DNA from: the human T2T-CHM13v2.0 reference genome, Homo sapiens
Assembly (NCBI RefSeq): GCF_009914755.1
Contig: NC_060941.1
Strand: one strand, 5' to 3'
DNA length: 64,000 nucleotides
A program made the position numbers and the translations under genes. Numbering within the stretch: the stretch's first letter is position 1; each line of letters begins with the position of its first letter. Shown here in pieces: positions 1 through 13,783 of this stretch. A model generated the notes under the pieces. It had not been told where the DNA came from and searched no databases. It saw only the letters and a list, made by a program, of their open reading frames with translations.

Positions 1-1534
1 AGATCATGGGAATGTAGATTTTCCCATGCAGCTCTGCATGTTTTTCAGATGTCTCAAGCTGGAAAATTATGCTGATCAAATGGTAGTCCATAGCTCGGCC
101 TGTCCTGTGGGGTGGGGGTGAGTAGCCATCAAAGGCTCCCGTTCACTGCACCCAGTCTCTGGTTGGCTTCATCGTCTCCCATCAGCCAGTGTTTTCTCTA
201 GCACAGCCACAGTGTGTGAGAAATGGGGAATCTCTGCCTAAGGGTCACAGCGGCCATCCTCAGAGGAGGGAAGGGTTCTGAAGGCTGCTTTTCACATTTC
301 CAAAGGCTGAAGGGAAGCCCTAGTTTTTTGCCCACCATGAAGCCCCACAGACTAACAAAAACGTCTGCTGCTTGGCTGTGGCTGGAATTCTACTCCCTCA
401 GTTGGTGACCTGTGGCTGGGCTGATCAGAAGCTTGGGTTTCTCATGACACCATGGAGATGGCAGGGAATTGAATCACTGGTCAGAATGGGGGCCTTTGGG
501 ACTGAAGGATTTGGGGTGAGCATCTGGTTTAATTCCATCATTTTAGAAGCGAGGACCCTGGGTACTGGCTTCTTGGTGCTACAGAGCGGTCGCAGCATTG
601 GCCCTGATCCCTGGATTCCCATCTCCTCTCACTACCACATCATGTTATTTGCATTTTGGCATGATTTTTAAAAGAATGCTGTTCATAATTTGGTCATTTG
701 TAAGACTGCTTTGAGGAATAGGAGAGGTAGGGGAGCATTCAACAATTCTCATTTGCCTTTATGGAGTGTTGCTGCCTGCACTTTGTGCTGTCACAGTGTT
801 TGATCCTCTACACTGAGGGGGAGGTGCAGCTCCTTGCCATACCCCTGTTTTCCTGGATTGGCAGGAACAGCCAAAACCAGGTCTCCAGACCCCATCTTTT
901 CTTCACACAGTCTTTAAAAAGACTGCATTTCCTCACCTGCCCATGTATTCTACACCCACAGGCTGCTCCTCCCAGAGACTAAATGATAAGGGCATGTTGA
1001 TAACAAGAAATTAAATTCCTTGTGTATGTTTTGGTACTTGCTTTCTGCTTTTAGAAAATTGAGTACATATCAAGTTCTAGGAGGCCAAGTGACATCTAAT
1101 TTGAGCTCTGCTGTGTCTGTTCCAGTGGCTCTCAGATCCTGGGAGAAGCTGCCTAGGTGGCTTCTTGAGGGTGGACCTCCTACTCCCCTTCAGGAGCCTC
1201 TGCCTGGTCATCTCGTCCTGCAAATAAAGTGGCCATTCTGTGGGTCTGCTCAGCCTTTTTTTTAGAGGTTGGTTCTTCCTATGCAGTCAGCCCTTCCTGG
1301 CTCCCCTTTGGCAGTAGGTTAACTGACACCTGCAGGGATCTTTCTTCCTTAGAAGAAAGTCCCAGGGGAGACAAGTAAGCACATGGGCAGTTTACCTTTT
1401 CCTGCTCTACTGTCTAGAAGTCAAGTCTGAAATGTTTGTTTTTCTTCAAAATTCTTTAAGTATATGAGTATAAAGGTTTTTTAGCCCAGTTTTTGGAGAC
1501 TGATAAATTTTTTATTAAAAAAAAAACTATTCAT

Positions 1535-1652
1535 TTTTATAGACAGGGTCTTGCTAGGTTGTCCAGGCTAGATTTGAACTCCTGGGCTCAAGTGATCCTC
1601 CTGCCTCAGCCTTCTGAGTAGCTGGGAAACAAGTGTGTAGCACCCTGCCCAG
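1535..1652 (-). mobile_element. Alu monomer (FLAM/AluJ-like)
   Basis: agacagggtcttgc...ctcaagtgatcctcctgcctcagcc. Confidence 0.8.
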
Positions 1653-2159
1653 CTGATATAAAATTTGATTTCTCTAACCAACAAGAAGTCATCAGAATAT
1701 AGATGCCCACTTTCAGTTAGTGAAGATGTTTATTTTTTGGCTGAATCTCACTGTTTTTCTGGTATGAGGGAAATAAAGGATTTTTTTCTTTTCATTTCTC
1801 TACGGGATGAGCAACAGTTATTAGGCTTTAAGTTATTGCTAGCGTGGCTGAAACAGAGTCATAATAGTCTTTTCTCTTTTGGCTGAAATGATGACTGTTG
1901 AAAAGAATGTAGCACTGTCCATATTGTCCTAACTGGCCTGTTGTCTTCTGGAGAGCCCGTGTGGTTTGGTCATGTGGTCTGTGGTCTCAGCTACCCCAAC
2001 TGGGCCTCCTTGTAATGATCGTTGTACCCTTTTCTCCGGTAGGAAGATGGAGATGTTTCCTCACTCGTGGACTGCACCTCAGGAAAGATAAAGCCAGTGA
2101 ATTGAGGATTGCGGAGTATTGCACACATTCAGGTGTCCTGCAGTGGACACCATGACACT

Positions 2160-2300
2160 GACTCCAGCATGCCTAGAAATCACCATGGGGGCTTAAGAGA
2201 GTGGCACCCCCTCAGCTCTGCCCCCAGAATGACTGGATTTTTGAACAGACTCCCAGGAAGTTCTGATGTATCTGGTTGATGGACCACACTGGTGGAACAC
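2160..2300. mobile_element. MER5-like hAT fragment
   Basis: tttttgaacagactcccaggaagttctgatg...ggaccacactggtggaacactg. Confidence 0.5.
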
Positions 2301-4192
2301 TGTGGGAAAGGTGGGGTGTACCCCTTTCCCAAGCATTCTCTGTCATCTGCTTTTAGAAAAATAAAGTACATGTAGAAACATAGGAGGCTGCCAGACATAC
2401 ATAGGTGGAGCTACCATCTGAGGTGAAGATGTTCAGGTCAATTAATTCACCCGTATTTATTGATTGGGACTGGGTTTTCACAATGTTGATTGACCTGTGA
2501 TTGTTAGGTTTGGGGAGGGGAGTGGAAAGACAGCTCCCTGACAGCCGAGCGTGATCTTCAATGATGGCTGCTCCCCATAGTTTCCTTAGGGACTTGATGT
2601 AGACCCCAGCTGAAAGGTGAACATCCTCCTCTCAGCACACGATCAGCCACACCTTGGTGGCACAGAGGCACGGGGTGTAGAGATGTGTGCCTTCACCACA
2701 GGCCCACCTGCACTGCTTGGAACTGTGAAAAGCCTCTGTCTCCCATGATGGGGAACTCTAGATTTGGAAAGAATTTCCCCACCCAGCATCTCAAGCCTTC
2801 AGAGCACATTTTTATGGAATACTTCTTGCCTCCTGGGGCATAACCCTAGCCTTGGAAATTTTTTTTTCCAGTTTTGTTCTGTTTGCTGTTTTGTTTAGTC
2901 TCTTTTCAGTCTCTACTCTCATTTGAATTCTGACTGTGTTTTCAAGTTTACCAGAAAATTCTCCCCCAGCTTGTCCCCTGCATGTATGGGGATCTAGCTG
3001 TTATTTTGTGGTTCCCGTCATGAGTCACTCTCAAAAAAGAGCAGATGATCCCAGACTTTGGTTGGGGTTGCCTCCTTCACAGGGAGTGCCGAGCCCTCCT
3101 GGGGAGGATGCAGTTCTTCCTTGGTCAGTCTTGGGTTGTGGGTCAACTGTGGCTGGGGGGAGCCTGACTGATGTCTCTGCACTCCTACTTGAGGCCCTGT
3201 TGGAGGTTCAGGGGAGCGCCCATGCTCTGTCCTTTTGTTGTTTGGCTGTTGTTGCCTTTCTACCTCTGGTTCTCTCAGGTGCTTTGTGCACAGGGTTTGC
3301 AGTTGCAGGGATCAAAAGCACACATTGCTGTAGGTTACAGCATGAGAATTTCAGGGAATAAATGGCTTCATGCACAGGTAGACATAGAGGTGCAGACCAC
3401 GTGTTGTTATGTCTTGTGCCTTCTCCTTTCCTTGGCTTCTTGCTTTCTTCTGTGGCTGCTTCAATCATAGGTAAACTCTGACTCTGCCCCTGTGGTGTGT
3501 TCCAGCAGCTTAGCAACCCTGCTGGTTTCCCAGAAGTTTTAGGAACCATCCAGAGGGGTCTACAGGTGGTCCAGTCTGGATTCTTAACATATCACTGATG
3601 TAGCTGCTGGGCGGGGGAACTGTGGGGCTTTGATTGGCCTGGTCTGAGTCCTGGGCCTACTCCTGGCCAGTTTCCCAAGGATGACTGAAGTACTCTTTCC
3701 AAGAAGAGGGGGATTATGGTTGTTACATAGGCAAAACCAATGATTCAGTTTTCAGAATGGAAATGAAATATTATTTGGTTTAAAGAACCTTACCTAGTTC
3801 TGGGGACTAACTGTAGAAAAGTGAGTATTCGCTTTCATATTGAATAGATATGGCTTTTTACGTGGAGGCTCTGGAGCTCCCAGGGCATTTCAGAAGGCCT
3901 GACAATTTCTGCATTGCTCATGGTGCTACTTCCCCAGGCCACCTCAAGCATTCAGTTTCTTTGCTGTTGGTTGGAATTTATTGACACTGTGTGGTTAACA
4001 ATTGTTATCTAACATGTGTCAGCACCCTGATTTCTTAGTAAAATGAATTATTAATTAATACAATTTCAAAACAGGTTTTTAGGGCTAGGGCTGGAGTGGG
4101 GAAGGTGTGGCTGGTGGGGTGGTGGCCAGGAGCTTCTGCCTGGTCATCTCTTCCTGCAAATAAAGTGGCCATTCTGTGGGCCTGCTCAGCCG

Positions 4193-4552
<360 letters not shown>

Positions 4553-5088
4553 TGAATAATGAATCTCACTTTACACCTTGCTGTCTTCATTTAAAAATAT
4601 TTCAAGTTTTGACAGAATTGTACAAGTTCATGTACTTTATTTATCAATTAGCATCAAATAGTTCTAGGTAATAACTGATGATATGATGATAGAACTGGAT
4701 TTCTAAAGGTGTTTCTAGTTACTGAGGATCCTTTCAATTGTCAGTATGTAATTTATGAGAATAAGTTTTTTTTTTTTTTTTTTGCTGTATTGGGTCTAAA
4801 CTTTTAACAGAGTTTAATACTGTTTTTCCTTGTTTTGACAACCCTCCCACCTCCACCTCTAACATCCATATCTGGTGTAGAGGTTCATAAGAAATTATTG
4901 TGAGCTGATCACACACTTCCTCAGGTTTGAGTGAGGAGCCCAGAAGGTAACAAATGATCCTGTTTTAGTTGCATTTGCATGTGCATTAGTTCAGTCTCAG
5001 CAAGCTGGAAACAAGAAAATTGGAAAATTGAGAAGGAAAGTGGAGCGTGCAAACTATGCGAAAAAGAGGGAGAAGAAAACAAAACTCA

Positions 5089-5484
<396 letters not shown>

Positions 5485-5782
5485 TCATGGCAGATGTTTG
5501 CTGGGAGAGAAGATGTTTAAATGTTTACAGGCTGTCCTGTGGTTGAGGGGAAACAGTGAAAAATGGGGACCTGAGGTGTACAAGGTCAAGTGTGTCAAAG
5601 TATTGGAAGTCCAGGTGTTCAGCTGGAATAGCTGGAGCTTTGTGCCCACTGGCACTGCTGGAGTCCTGCTTCATGGCCCACGCATCATGGGCTGTCTCAC
5701 GGTTGGAATAATTAGTTTCAGCCTCCAAAGTCTCGCTTAGGTGAGGTGCGTAGTCCAGTTGGCCTGGAAAATGAAAAGCTTT

Positions 5783-6079
5783 GGCCGGGCGCGGTGGCTC
5801 ACGCCTGTAATCCCAGCACTCTGGGAGGCCAGGGTGGGCGGATCACGAGGTCAGGAGATCGAGACCATCCTGGCTAACACGGTGAAACCTCGTCTCCACT
5901 AAAAATACAAAAAAATTAGCTGGGCGTGGTGGTGGGTGCCTGTAGTCCCAGCTACTCAGGAGGCTGAGGCAGGAAGAATGGTGTGAACCTGGGAGGCGGA
6001 GCTTGCAGTGAGCCGAGATCACACCACTGCACCAGCCTGGGCGACAGAGCGAGACTATGTCTCAAAAAAAAAAAAAAAA
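5783..6079 (+). mobile_element. AluY-like
   Basis: gagatcgagaccatcctggctaacacgg diagnostic; TSD gaaaatgaaaagc. Confidence 0.93.
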
Positions 6080-6119
6080 GAAAATGAAAAGCCTCCAGTG
6101 ACTTTTCTCCTAGTGAGGA

Positions 6120-6267
6120 TTATTTATTTGTTTGTTTATTTATTTATTTTTAGAGACGGGGTCTCGCCATGTTGCCCAGGTTGGTCTTGAACTCCTGAGC
6201 TCAAGTGATCTGCCCGCCTCGGCTTCCCAAAGTGCTGGGATTACAGACATGAGCCACCACACCTGGT
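6120..6267 (-). mobile_element. Alu monomer (FLAM-like)
   Basis: Left-monomer sequence with (TTTA)n tail. Confidence 0.85.
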
Positions 6268-6277
6268 CCTAGTGAGG

Positions 6278-6930
<653 letters not shown>

Positions 6931-7179
6931 CTAGTGAGGATTTCTTAGTGAGGATTTCGAAAGCTGCTCCTGTCTATAAACTTCAAGAAAATAGCAGGCA
7001 GCCATGCAAATTATATAGGCCTTATTTCGTTTTTTTTTACTATAACCAGTATTTTATTATTTTATTAGCTTTTTCCTTTTTCCTGAAGTTTAAGTATTTC
7101 AGAGACCATCAGCAGATGTCCTTGCAAGTTAGTCTGTTAGAGAAAGCCCCTGCCTTGGTCAACAGCCCCTGTTTCTTAA

Positions 7180-8131
<952 letters not shown>

Positions 8132-8635
8132 AAAGTCTTTGTCAGTGGTGAATCCTAGCTCTGCCCACTTCTCTGAGAAGCTGAAGAGTCATACCTGCTC
8201 TACATCAAATGGAACAACAAATTGAAGGGCCTGGTGGTCCCTGGCACATTGTAAGGCTCCTGAACATTAAGTACCTCTGAACATTACTATTGATTTTGAC
8301 ACATATTTGCCCTTTAAGCTGGGAAATATTCATTAAAAATTAAAGTGTTCTTTTTCTTTGTGAGGCCCATCGTATCTTTGCCAGCAGTGAATGTTGCATC
8401 ATGAATGAAAAACCTAATTACATCAAATGTGCAGGTCACCGTGCAAAAGTTTTTATCCCTGGTCCTTTCACAGCCTTTGCAGAATATGCCTGCTTTTAGC
8501 TGAAGCCCTGTTCTGTGGCTTCAGATAGAGTCAGATTCCTTGACATATTTGAGGATGGAGAGAAGGCCTCCTTGGCCAGAGCAGATGTATGGGTTATTAC
8601 CAGGGTGAAATTTTATGAGCTGTCCCCTTTTTGTG

Positions 8636-9406
8636 TGTGGAAAAATCATACAAAGTGCTTTTTCCTATTTTCTCACTTAACAGCAATCAATACAGATAAC
8701 TTCTGTAACTTTCTCCCCACGTAACAAGCAAGCAGTCAGTTTTGCAGGACACCAGCTAGGTGTCCTTCAGTTCAACTCTGATATTTACCTGGAGATAGCT
8801 TCAGATCCCATATGTTGAGGGCTCAGTCCCACAAGAACACTCCCTTCTTCCCAGCAGTGCAAGTCCACGCCTCTGGAACTTCTGACCAACCAGCTTCAAG
8901 TTGAGACCCCTTCTTTGGGTTCAATTAATTCGGTAGAGTGGCTCACATAACTCAGCGAAATTGACTTATATTTACCTATTTATTATAAAGGATATTGCAA
9001 AGGATACAGATGAAGAGATGCATAGGCCAGGTGTGGGAGAAGGAGTGCAGAGCTTCCATGCCATACCTCAGTGCCACCGTTCAGGAACCTTTGTGTGTTC
9101 AGCCATCCAGAAGCTTCCTGAGCCTGTCCTTATGTCTTTTTATGGAGGCTTCATTATGGAGACATGATTGACTAAATGATTGGCCATTGGTGATAAACCT
9201 AATCTTCAGTCCATCTCCCCTTACCGGGACTGATCCTGCCTTGGTCTTTCTGGTAACCAGCCCCATCCTGAAGCTGCCTAGGGACTGCCAGCCCTCAGTC
9301 AATCATTCACATGCAAAAAGACATCACTGTGGAGATTCCGAGGATTTTAGGTTTGGAATCCCTGCCAAGTGCCCGGGATGAAGACCAAATACATATTTCA
9401 CAATAG
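8636..9406. mobile_element. ERV LTR, MER21-like
   Basis: ggacaccagctaggtgtcc...tacctggagatagcttcagatccca...gagggctcagtcccacaaga motifs. Confidence 0.7.
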
Positions 9407-9947
9407 CAAACCCTTCTTTTTGTGTGATTGTTTGTGATGAGTAGTCATTGCATTTCCTGTGGCTTTTCCTTGCTTCTGCCACCTTTTGTTTACTTGCTTG
9501 TTTTTTTGATGTGCCCATTACCCATCTGAGGCTTTAGATGAGGAAGGTAGGAGCTACCTGTTGTTTCTGTGGCAGAAACATCTTGAGAGTAAAGACCACC
9601 ACAGGAAGAAAGGGAGGCGCAGGTTCTGGGCCTGGAGTGACCTTAGTCAGCTGACCGTGTGATTCCAGGCTTCGGTTCCTCACTTGTGTAGTGGGAAAAA
9701 TAATCCTTCCTCTGAGGGTTTGAGGGTGGGGGGTGGACAGCCAAGCAGGTGGTCAGAATGGTGGGTGGAGCCCCTTGCTTCCTATCCGGGCCCTAGCTGT
9801 CCTAATCTACCTGGGGCAATCCCTGGAGACTTCTAGGGCCTCAGTTTTCCCATTTTATAGGTAAGGAACCTTCATCCCCTGCCAGACTGTGGCCTTCTTG
9901 AGGGCAGGGACTCTGTTTTTAATCTGTAACATTCATTTATTTAACAG

Positions 9948-10070
9948 TGTTCATTTCTGTGTCGGGCACAGTGCTAAGTGCTGGGTGCTCACTGGTGATG
10001 AGGCAGATGAAGGTTACCAAACTTGTGGACAGGAGCCTCATATCAGAGACGTGGACCTCACTGTAGCCTG
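9948..10070 (+). other. EPN2: Non-coding 5' UTR exon (123 nt)
   Basis: Acceptor attcatttatttaacag|tgttc and consensus donor cctg|gtaagt; sequence resembles an antisense L2 3' end. Confidence 0.8.
9998..10066 (+). promoter_or_regulatory. uORF1 (22 aa) in the non-coding exon
   Basis: ATG AGG CAG ATG AAG...CTG TAG, entirely within 9948-10070. Confidence 0.6.
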
Positions 10071-10481
10071 GTAAGTGAGTGTTATCTGGAGGAAGAGAGG
10101 GGATAGATGATGTGTTTGGTTGGAGCGAGTTAATAGATAGCCAGGGGTCTCAGTTTTCTTTGTGAAATGAGGGGCTGGGCTATAACCAGATTAGTTTTAA
10201 GGCTGTATTAGCTTGGGCCAGATGCTGGAGGCTTCTGAAAGCCAAGTGGAGGTCTTTATCCTTTTTCTAGAATTGCTGTTAGGAATCTTTATAAATTCTT
10301 GAACAGGGAAGGTCAGGCGAAAAGTGGTTGTCAAGGAGAATTTTCTGGACATTCGGAAACACAGTGGACCAAAGCAGTTTTGAAGGTATTGACAGGCATT
10401 TTTGAGTTAAGATAGACCTGAAATTAGTCTCTTTCTTGTCCTCATGTGTATTTTTTTTTATTTAAATAAACTTTAAAAAAA

Positions 10482-10586
10482 TAGAGATGGGGGTATTGCT
10501 GTTTTGACCAGGCTGGCCTCAAGTAATCCTCCCATTTCAGCTTCGCAAAGTGCTGGGATTACAGGTGTGAGCCACCATATCTGGTC
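10482..10586 (-). mobile_element. Alu monomer fragment
   Basis: caaagtgctgggattacaggtgtgagccacc. Confidence 0.75.
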
Positions 10587-10942
10587 TCACATGTAATTTT
10601 AAATCTGCCAAGATCAGCTTCCCCCAGTGTTTCCGATTCTTCCACAGCTGGCTTTTGCCAGGCAGTGAAAAGACAACCCATAAAATAGCCATTCCAGTGG
10701 AAGTGTTTTGAAAATAGAGCAATAGTCATGATGTTTACTTCTTTTCTCCTAAAGGCTTAAACTTGAGTGTAAGTTTTATTCATTGTTGACTGGTGATATT
10801 GATTTTATCTTGGGTTCGTCCTAAGGAGGCTGGGTATGTCCACTCAGCTCCCCAGTTTTACCCAGTACCTGCTGCTGGACCACAGTCTCCCACCCTCACA
10901 GGGGGCTTACGTCGCAGTGGAATGGGTTTTCTCTTTCTCTAG

Positions 10943-11112
10943 GTCATGGCTTCCAGCTTTTCGAATCTGAGGCTCCAAAGGAGGAAATGACCATTCAGGG
11001 ATCTTACTCCAGCTTGATTACGGAGACTGAACCTTCATAGGGTGCGCACTTACCAAGGACAGGAAGGTTTCTCTGTTTGAAGGGCTTTAAACTTATAACA
11101 AAGAAAATAAAA
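10943..11112 (+). other. EPN2: 5' UTR part of the first coding exon
   Basis: Acceptor ttttctctttctctag|gtcatg; runs to ATG at 11113. Confidence 0.9.
10946..11040 (+). promoter_or_regulatory. uORF2 (10946-10990, 14 aa) and uORF3 (10987-11040, 17 aa) overlapping at ATGA
   Basis: Read directly from the 5' UTR; uORF3 is in frame with the main CDS. Confidence 0.65.
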
Positions 11113-11707
11113 ATGACGACTTCGTCTATCAGACGGCAGATGAAAAACATCGTGAACAATTACTCAGAGGCAGAAATCAAAGTCCGGGAAGCCACCTCCA
11201 ATGACCCGTGGGGCCCGTCCAGTTCTCTGATGACCGAGATTGCCGACCTGACCTACAACGTGGTGGCCTTCTCGGAGATCATGAGCATGGTGTGGAAGCG
11301 GCTGAATGACCATGGCAAGAACTGGCGGCATGTGTACAAGGCGCTGACCCTGCTGGACTACCTCATCAAGACAGGCTCCGAACGTGTGGCCCAGCAGTGC
11401 CGGGAGAACATCTTCGCCATCCAGACCCTGAAGGACTTCCAGTACATTGACCGAGATGGCAAGGACCAGGGCATCAATGTGCGTGAGAAGTCAAAGCAAC
11501 TGGTGGCTCTCCTCAAGGACGAGGAACGGTTGAAGGCTGAGAGGGCCCAGGCTCTCAAAACCAAAGAGCGCATGGCCCAGGTTGCCACTGGCATGGGCAG
11601 CAACCAGATCACCTTTGGGCGAGGCTCCAGCCAGCCCAACCTCTCCACCAGCCACTCGGAGCAGGAGTATGGCAAGGCCGGGGGCTCCCCGGCCTCCTAC
11701 CATGGCT
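11113..11707 (+). CDS. EPN2: Epsin 2 coding exon 1 (exon 3): helix 0 and ENTH domain
   Basis: ATG in aaaATGa context; MTTSSIRRQMKNIVNNYSEAEIKVREATSNDPWGP...KNWRHVYKALTLLDYL; donor ggct|gtgagt (phase 1). Confidence 0.99.
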
Positions 11708-13612
11708 GTGAGTAATGGAAGTGCTTCTCACCCTTTGCCAGAGCAGCAGCAATGGGTGACAGGCAGGGTGGGTGTCTCTGGGCTTAGGGAGTGGTGGCCA
11801 CTGCAGAGCTCGAACCTGTCCTCAGTACCCAGCTTTTGGTGGCCCAGGCAAATTGTCCTTGGTCTGGATTGAGTTTTGGTTATAAAGGGACTTTTAGTCC
11901 CTTGGCTGCTCTGGTTCAGGGATCTCTAACGCCCTTTGCTGCTCTGGGCCTCATTCTGTACATCTGGGCAGACGGTGGGCAGAGGCAGGTCTTTTCTGCT
12001 TCCTTGTCAGAATGGGTCTGGCAGCAAAGGAGTTGTCCTGCTGCACATACAATGGGGAGTTGACTCTGGTAGCCAGGAGGAAACAAATGCTCTTTCTTGA
12101 TAATCTTGTTTCTTTAATCTCATATTAAGTGTTTTTCTGCTGACTGAGCTTCAGGTCTCTTGAATGGCTCAGTATTATTCTACTTCAGCAAAAAAACTTG
12201 TACAGGTTGCTAGTGTGAACAAGGCCTCCCTGCCAAACATGCAAATGAGAGTTGCTAGTGATCTGGTTGCATGGCTGGGTCTGCATTGAGTTCTGGTTTT
12301 GCATGTTGGATTAATTTGGGTCTTTGCCTTATGGTCAGAAGAGGTTTCAGGGAACAGAGTGGAGTTCAGGGCCTGATGGAAGCTGGTCTCTGTGAGTCAC
12401 ATTGGCATCCTGGCTGTTCATTGGAAGTGGTCCCCCAACAGGTGTTTCTCCATTTTCACAGTGCTATTCCAGCCACAGTGTGGACCCCACACTCAGAGAG
12501 ACAGGTGGCCCTAGTGGCCTTTGGGGGACAGGGTGAGGATGGAGGTGGGGATTGTAGAAATTATATCTTCTGGCTGCTAAAACAAAAGTGCAGATCCCTA
12601 GTAACACTATGTCAGCATAGCAGAAAACTTCTTTTTAAAGGAAGTTGTCTGTAGTTTGACAGACCTCAGTCAACCCTTACTTAGTCAGTGTTCTGTTACC
12701 AGACCATTTACTAACATTTCCTGCTTTTGCAGGTTTCGATTTGACATTGTACCGCCACCACTAGCATTTTGAGAAATGTGTTAAATGAGAGATTTGCATA
12801 TTAAAGTCAGATTTCCTGCTTCTAGGAATTCTGAATTATTACCGAGCTTGGAGCAGGTTAACATATTCTTGTCCCATATGTAGTTGTCATTTTTCTTCTT
12901 AGTTTGAACTGTTTTGCTTAAGCAAAGGTTGTGACCTTGGTTAAACCACTTGAAAACAATTTAACCTTAATCTCCAGAAGCCTCAATGCAGGGTTAAATT
13001 GCACCAAAACAAATGAAGATTGCCCTTTAAGAAGTGAAATTGTTTTATTTCTCTCAAGGATCCTCTTACCAACCCCCAGAGAGGCTCTCTTTGGATTGAG
13101 TTGGTCCCAACCTGCCTTGACTTCCTCTGTCCCTGTGACTGTGGCTGTGGCTTTGATGCAGGCCAAGGGGAGCTGCCATTCTCTTTATGTGCTTTTCATG
13201 GTCATTATTCTCAAGAAGCCAGAGGATGCTAAGCAAGGAGCTGAAACAGCTTCATGTTCCATGAACAATTTGTGGAACTTTGCAGATGCAGGGGTTGGAA
13301 CAGTGGGGATGCAGGAGCCTGGTTTGATCCACCCCTCCTCCTCATACCGAGTCCAGGGCCTGTAGCCATAGGTCCTGCTGGGCTAAATGATACTGCTGCA
13401 GTTCCAGCTGTGATGTTTTTGGTTCCCTCAGACCTTACGCTTGAGCTGCATGTTCAGGGTCAGAATGTGGTCAGTGGGCTTTTCACAGCTTCCACCGCAG
13501 TGGGCTGCGGGGTTGACCCCGAGTGGCCTTGGCCCGTACCTCCTGCAGGGGCTGCTGCGCACCCTCTAATGGCGTGTCTCTCTGTGTGTGTGTGTGTGTC
13601 CCTGCCCCACAG

Positions 13613-13783
13613 CGCCTGAGGCCTCGCTGTGCCCCCAGCACCGCACAGGGGCCCCGCTGGGTCAGAGTGAGGAGCTGCAGCCACTGAGCCAGCGCCACCC
13701 CTTCCTGCCGCACCTGGGGCTGGCCTCCCGCCCAAATGGCGACTGGTCCCAGCCCTGCCTCACTTGTGACCGCGCAGCCCGAG
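13613..13783 (+). CDS. EPN2: Epsin 2 cassette exon 4 (171 nt, 57 aa, frame-preserving)
   Basis: ccccacag|cgcctgag ... gcccgag|gtggga; encodes SPEASLCPQHRTG...CDRAAR; symmetric phase 1, skipping gives 584 aa. Confidence 0.92.

Larger units (their letters stand above)
1..2381 (+). ncRNA. EPN2-IT1: Probable 3' part of an intronic lncRNA (EPN2-IT1-like)
   Basis: Recalled locus position in intron 1; AATAAA at 2360-2365 with CA about 15 nt downstream. Boundaries cannot be derived from sequence alone. Confidence 0.35.

Noticed and set aside
4676-4725. C/D box snoRNA-like ATGATGA...CTGA
   Set aside because: About 43 nt, too short, with no terminal stem or evident guide
11077-11112. N-terminal extension MKGFKLITKKIK in the ORF track
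   Set aside because: Starts at TTG; the epsin start is ATG 11113 with A at -3
11358-11703. Antisense ORFs over the ENTH exon
   Set aside because: Shadow frames caused by codon bias of the sense CDS
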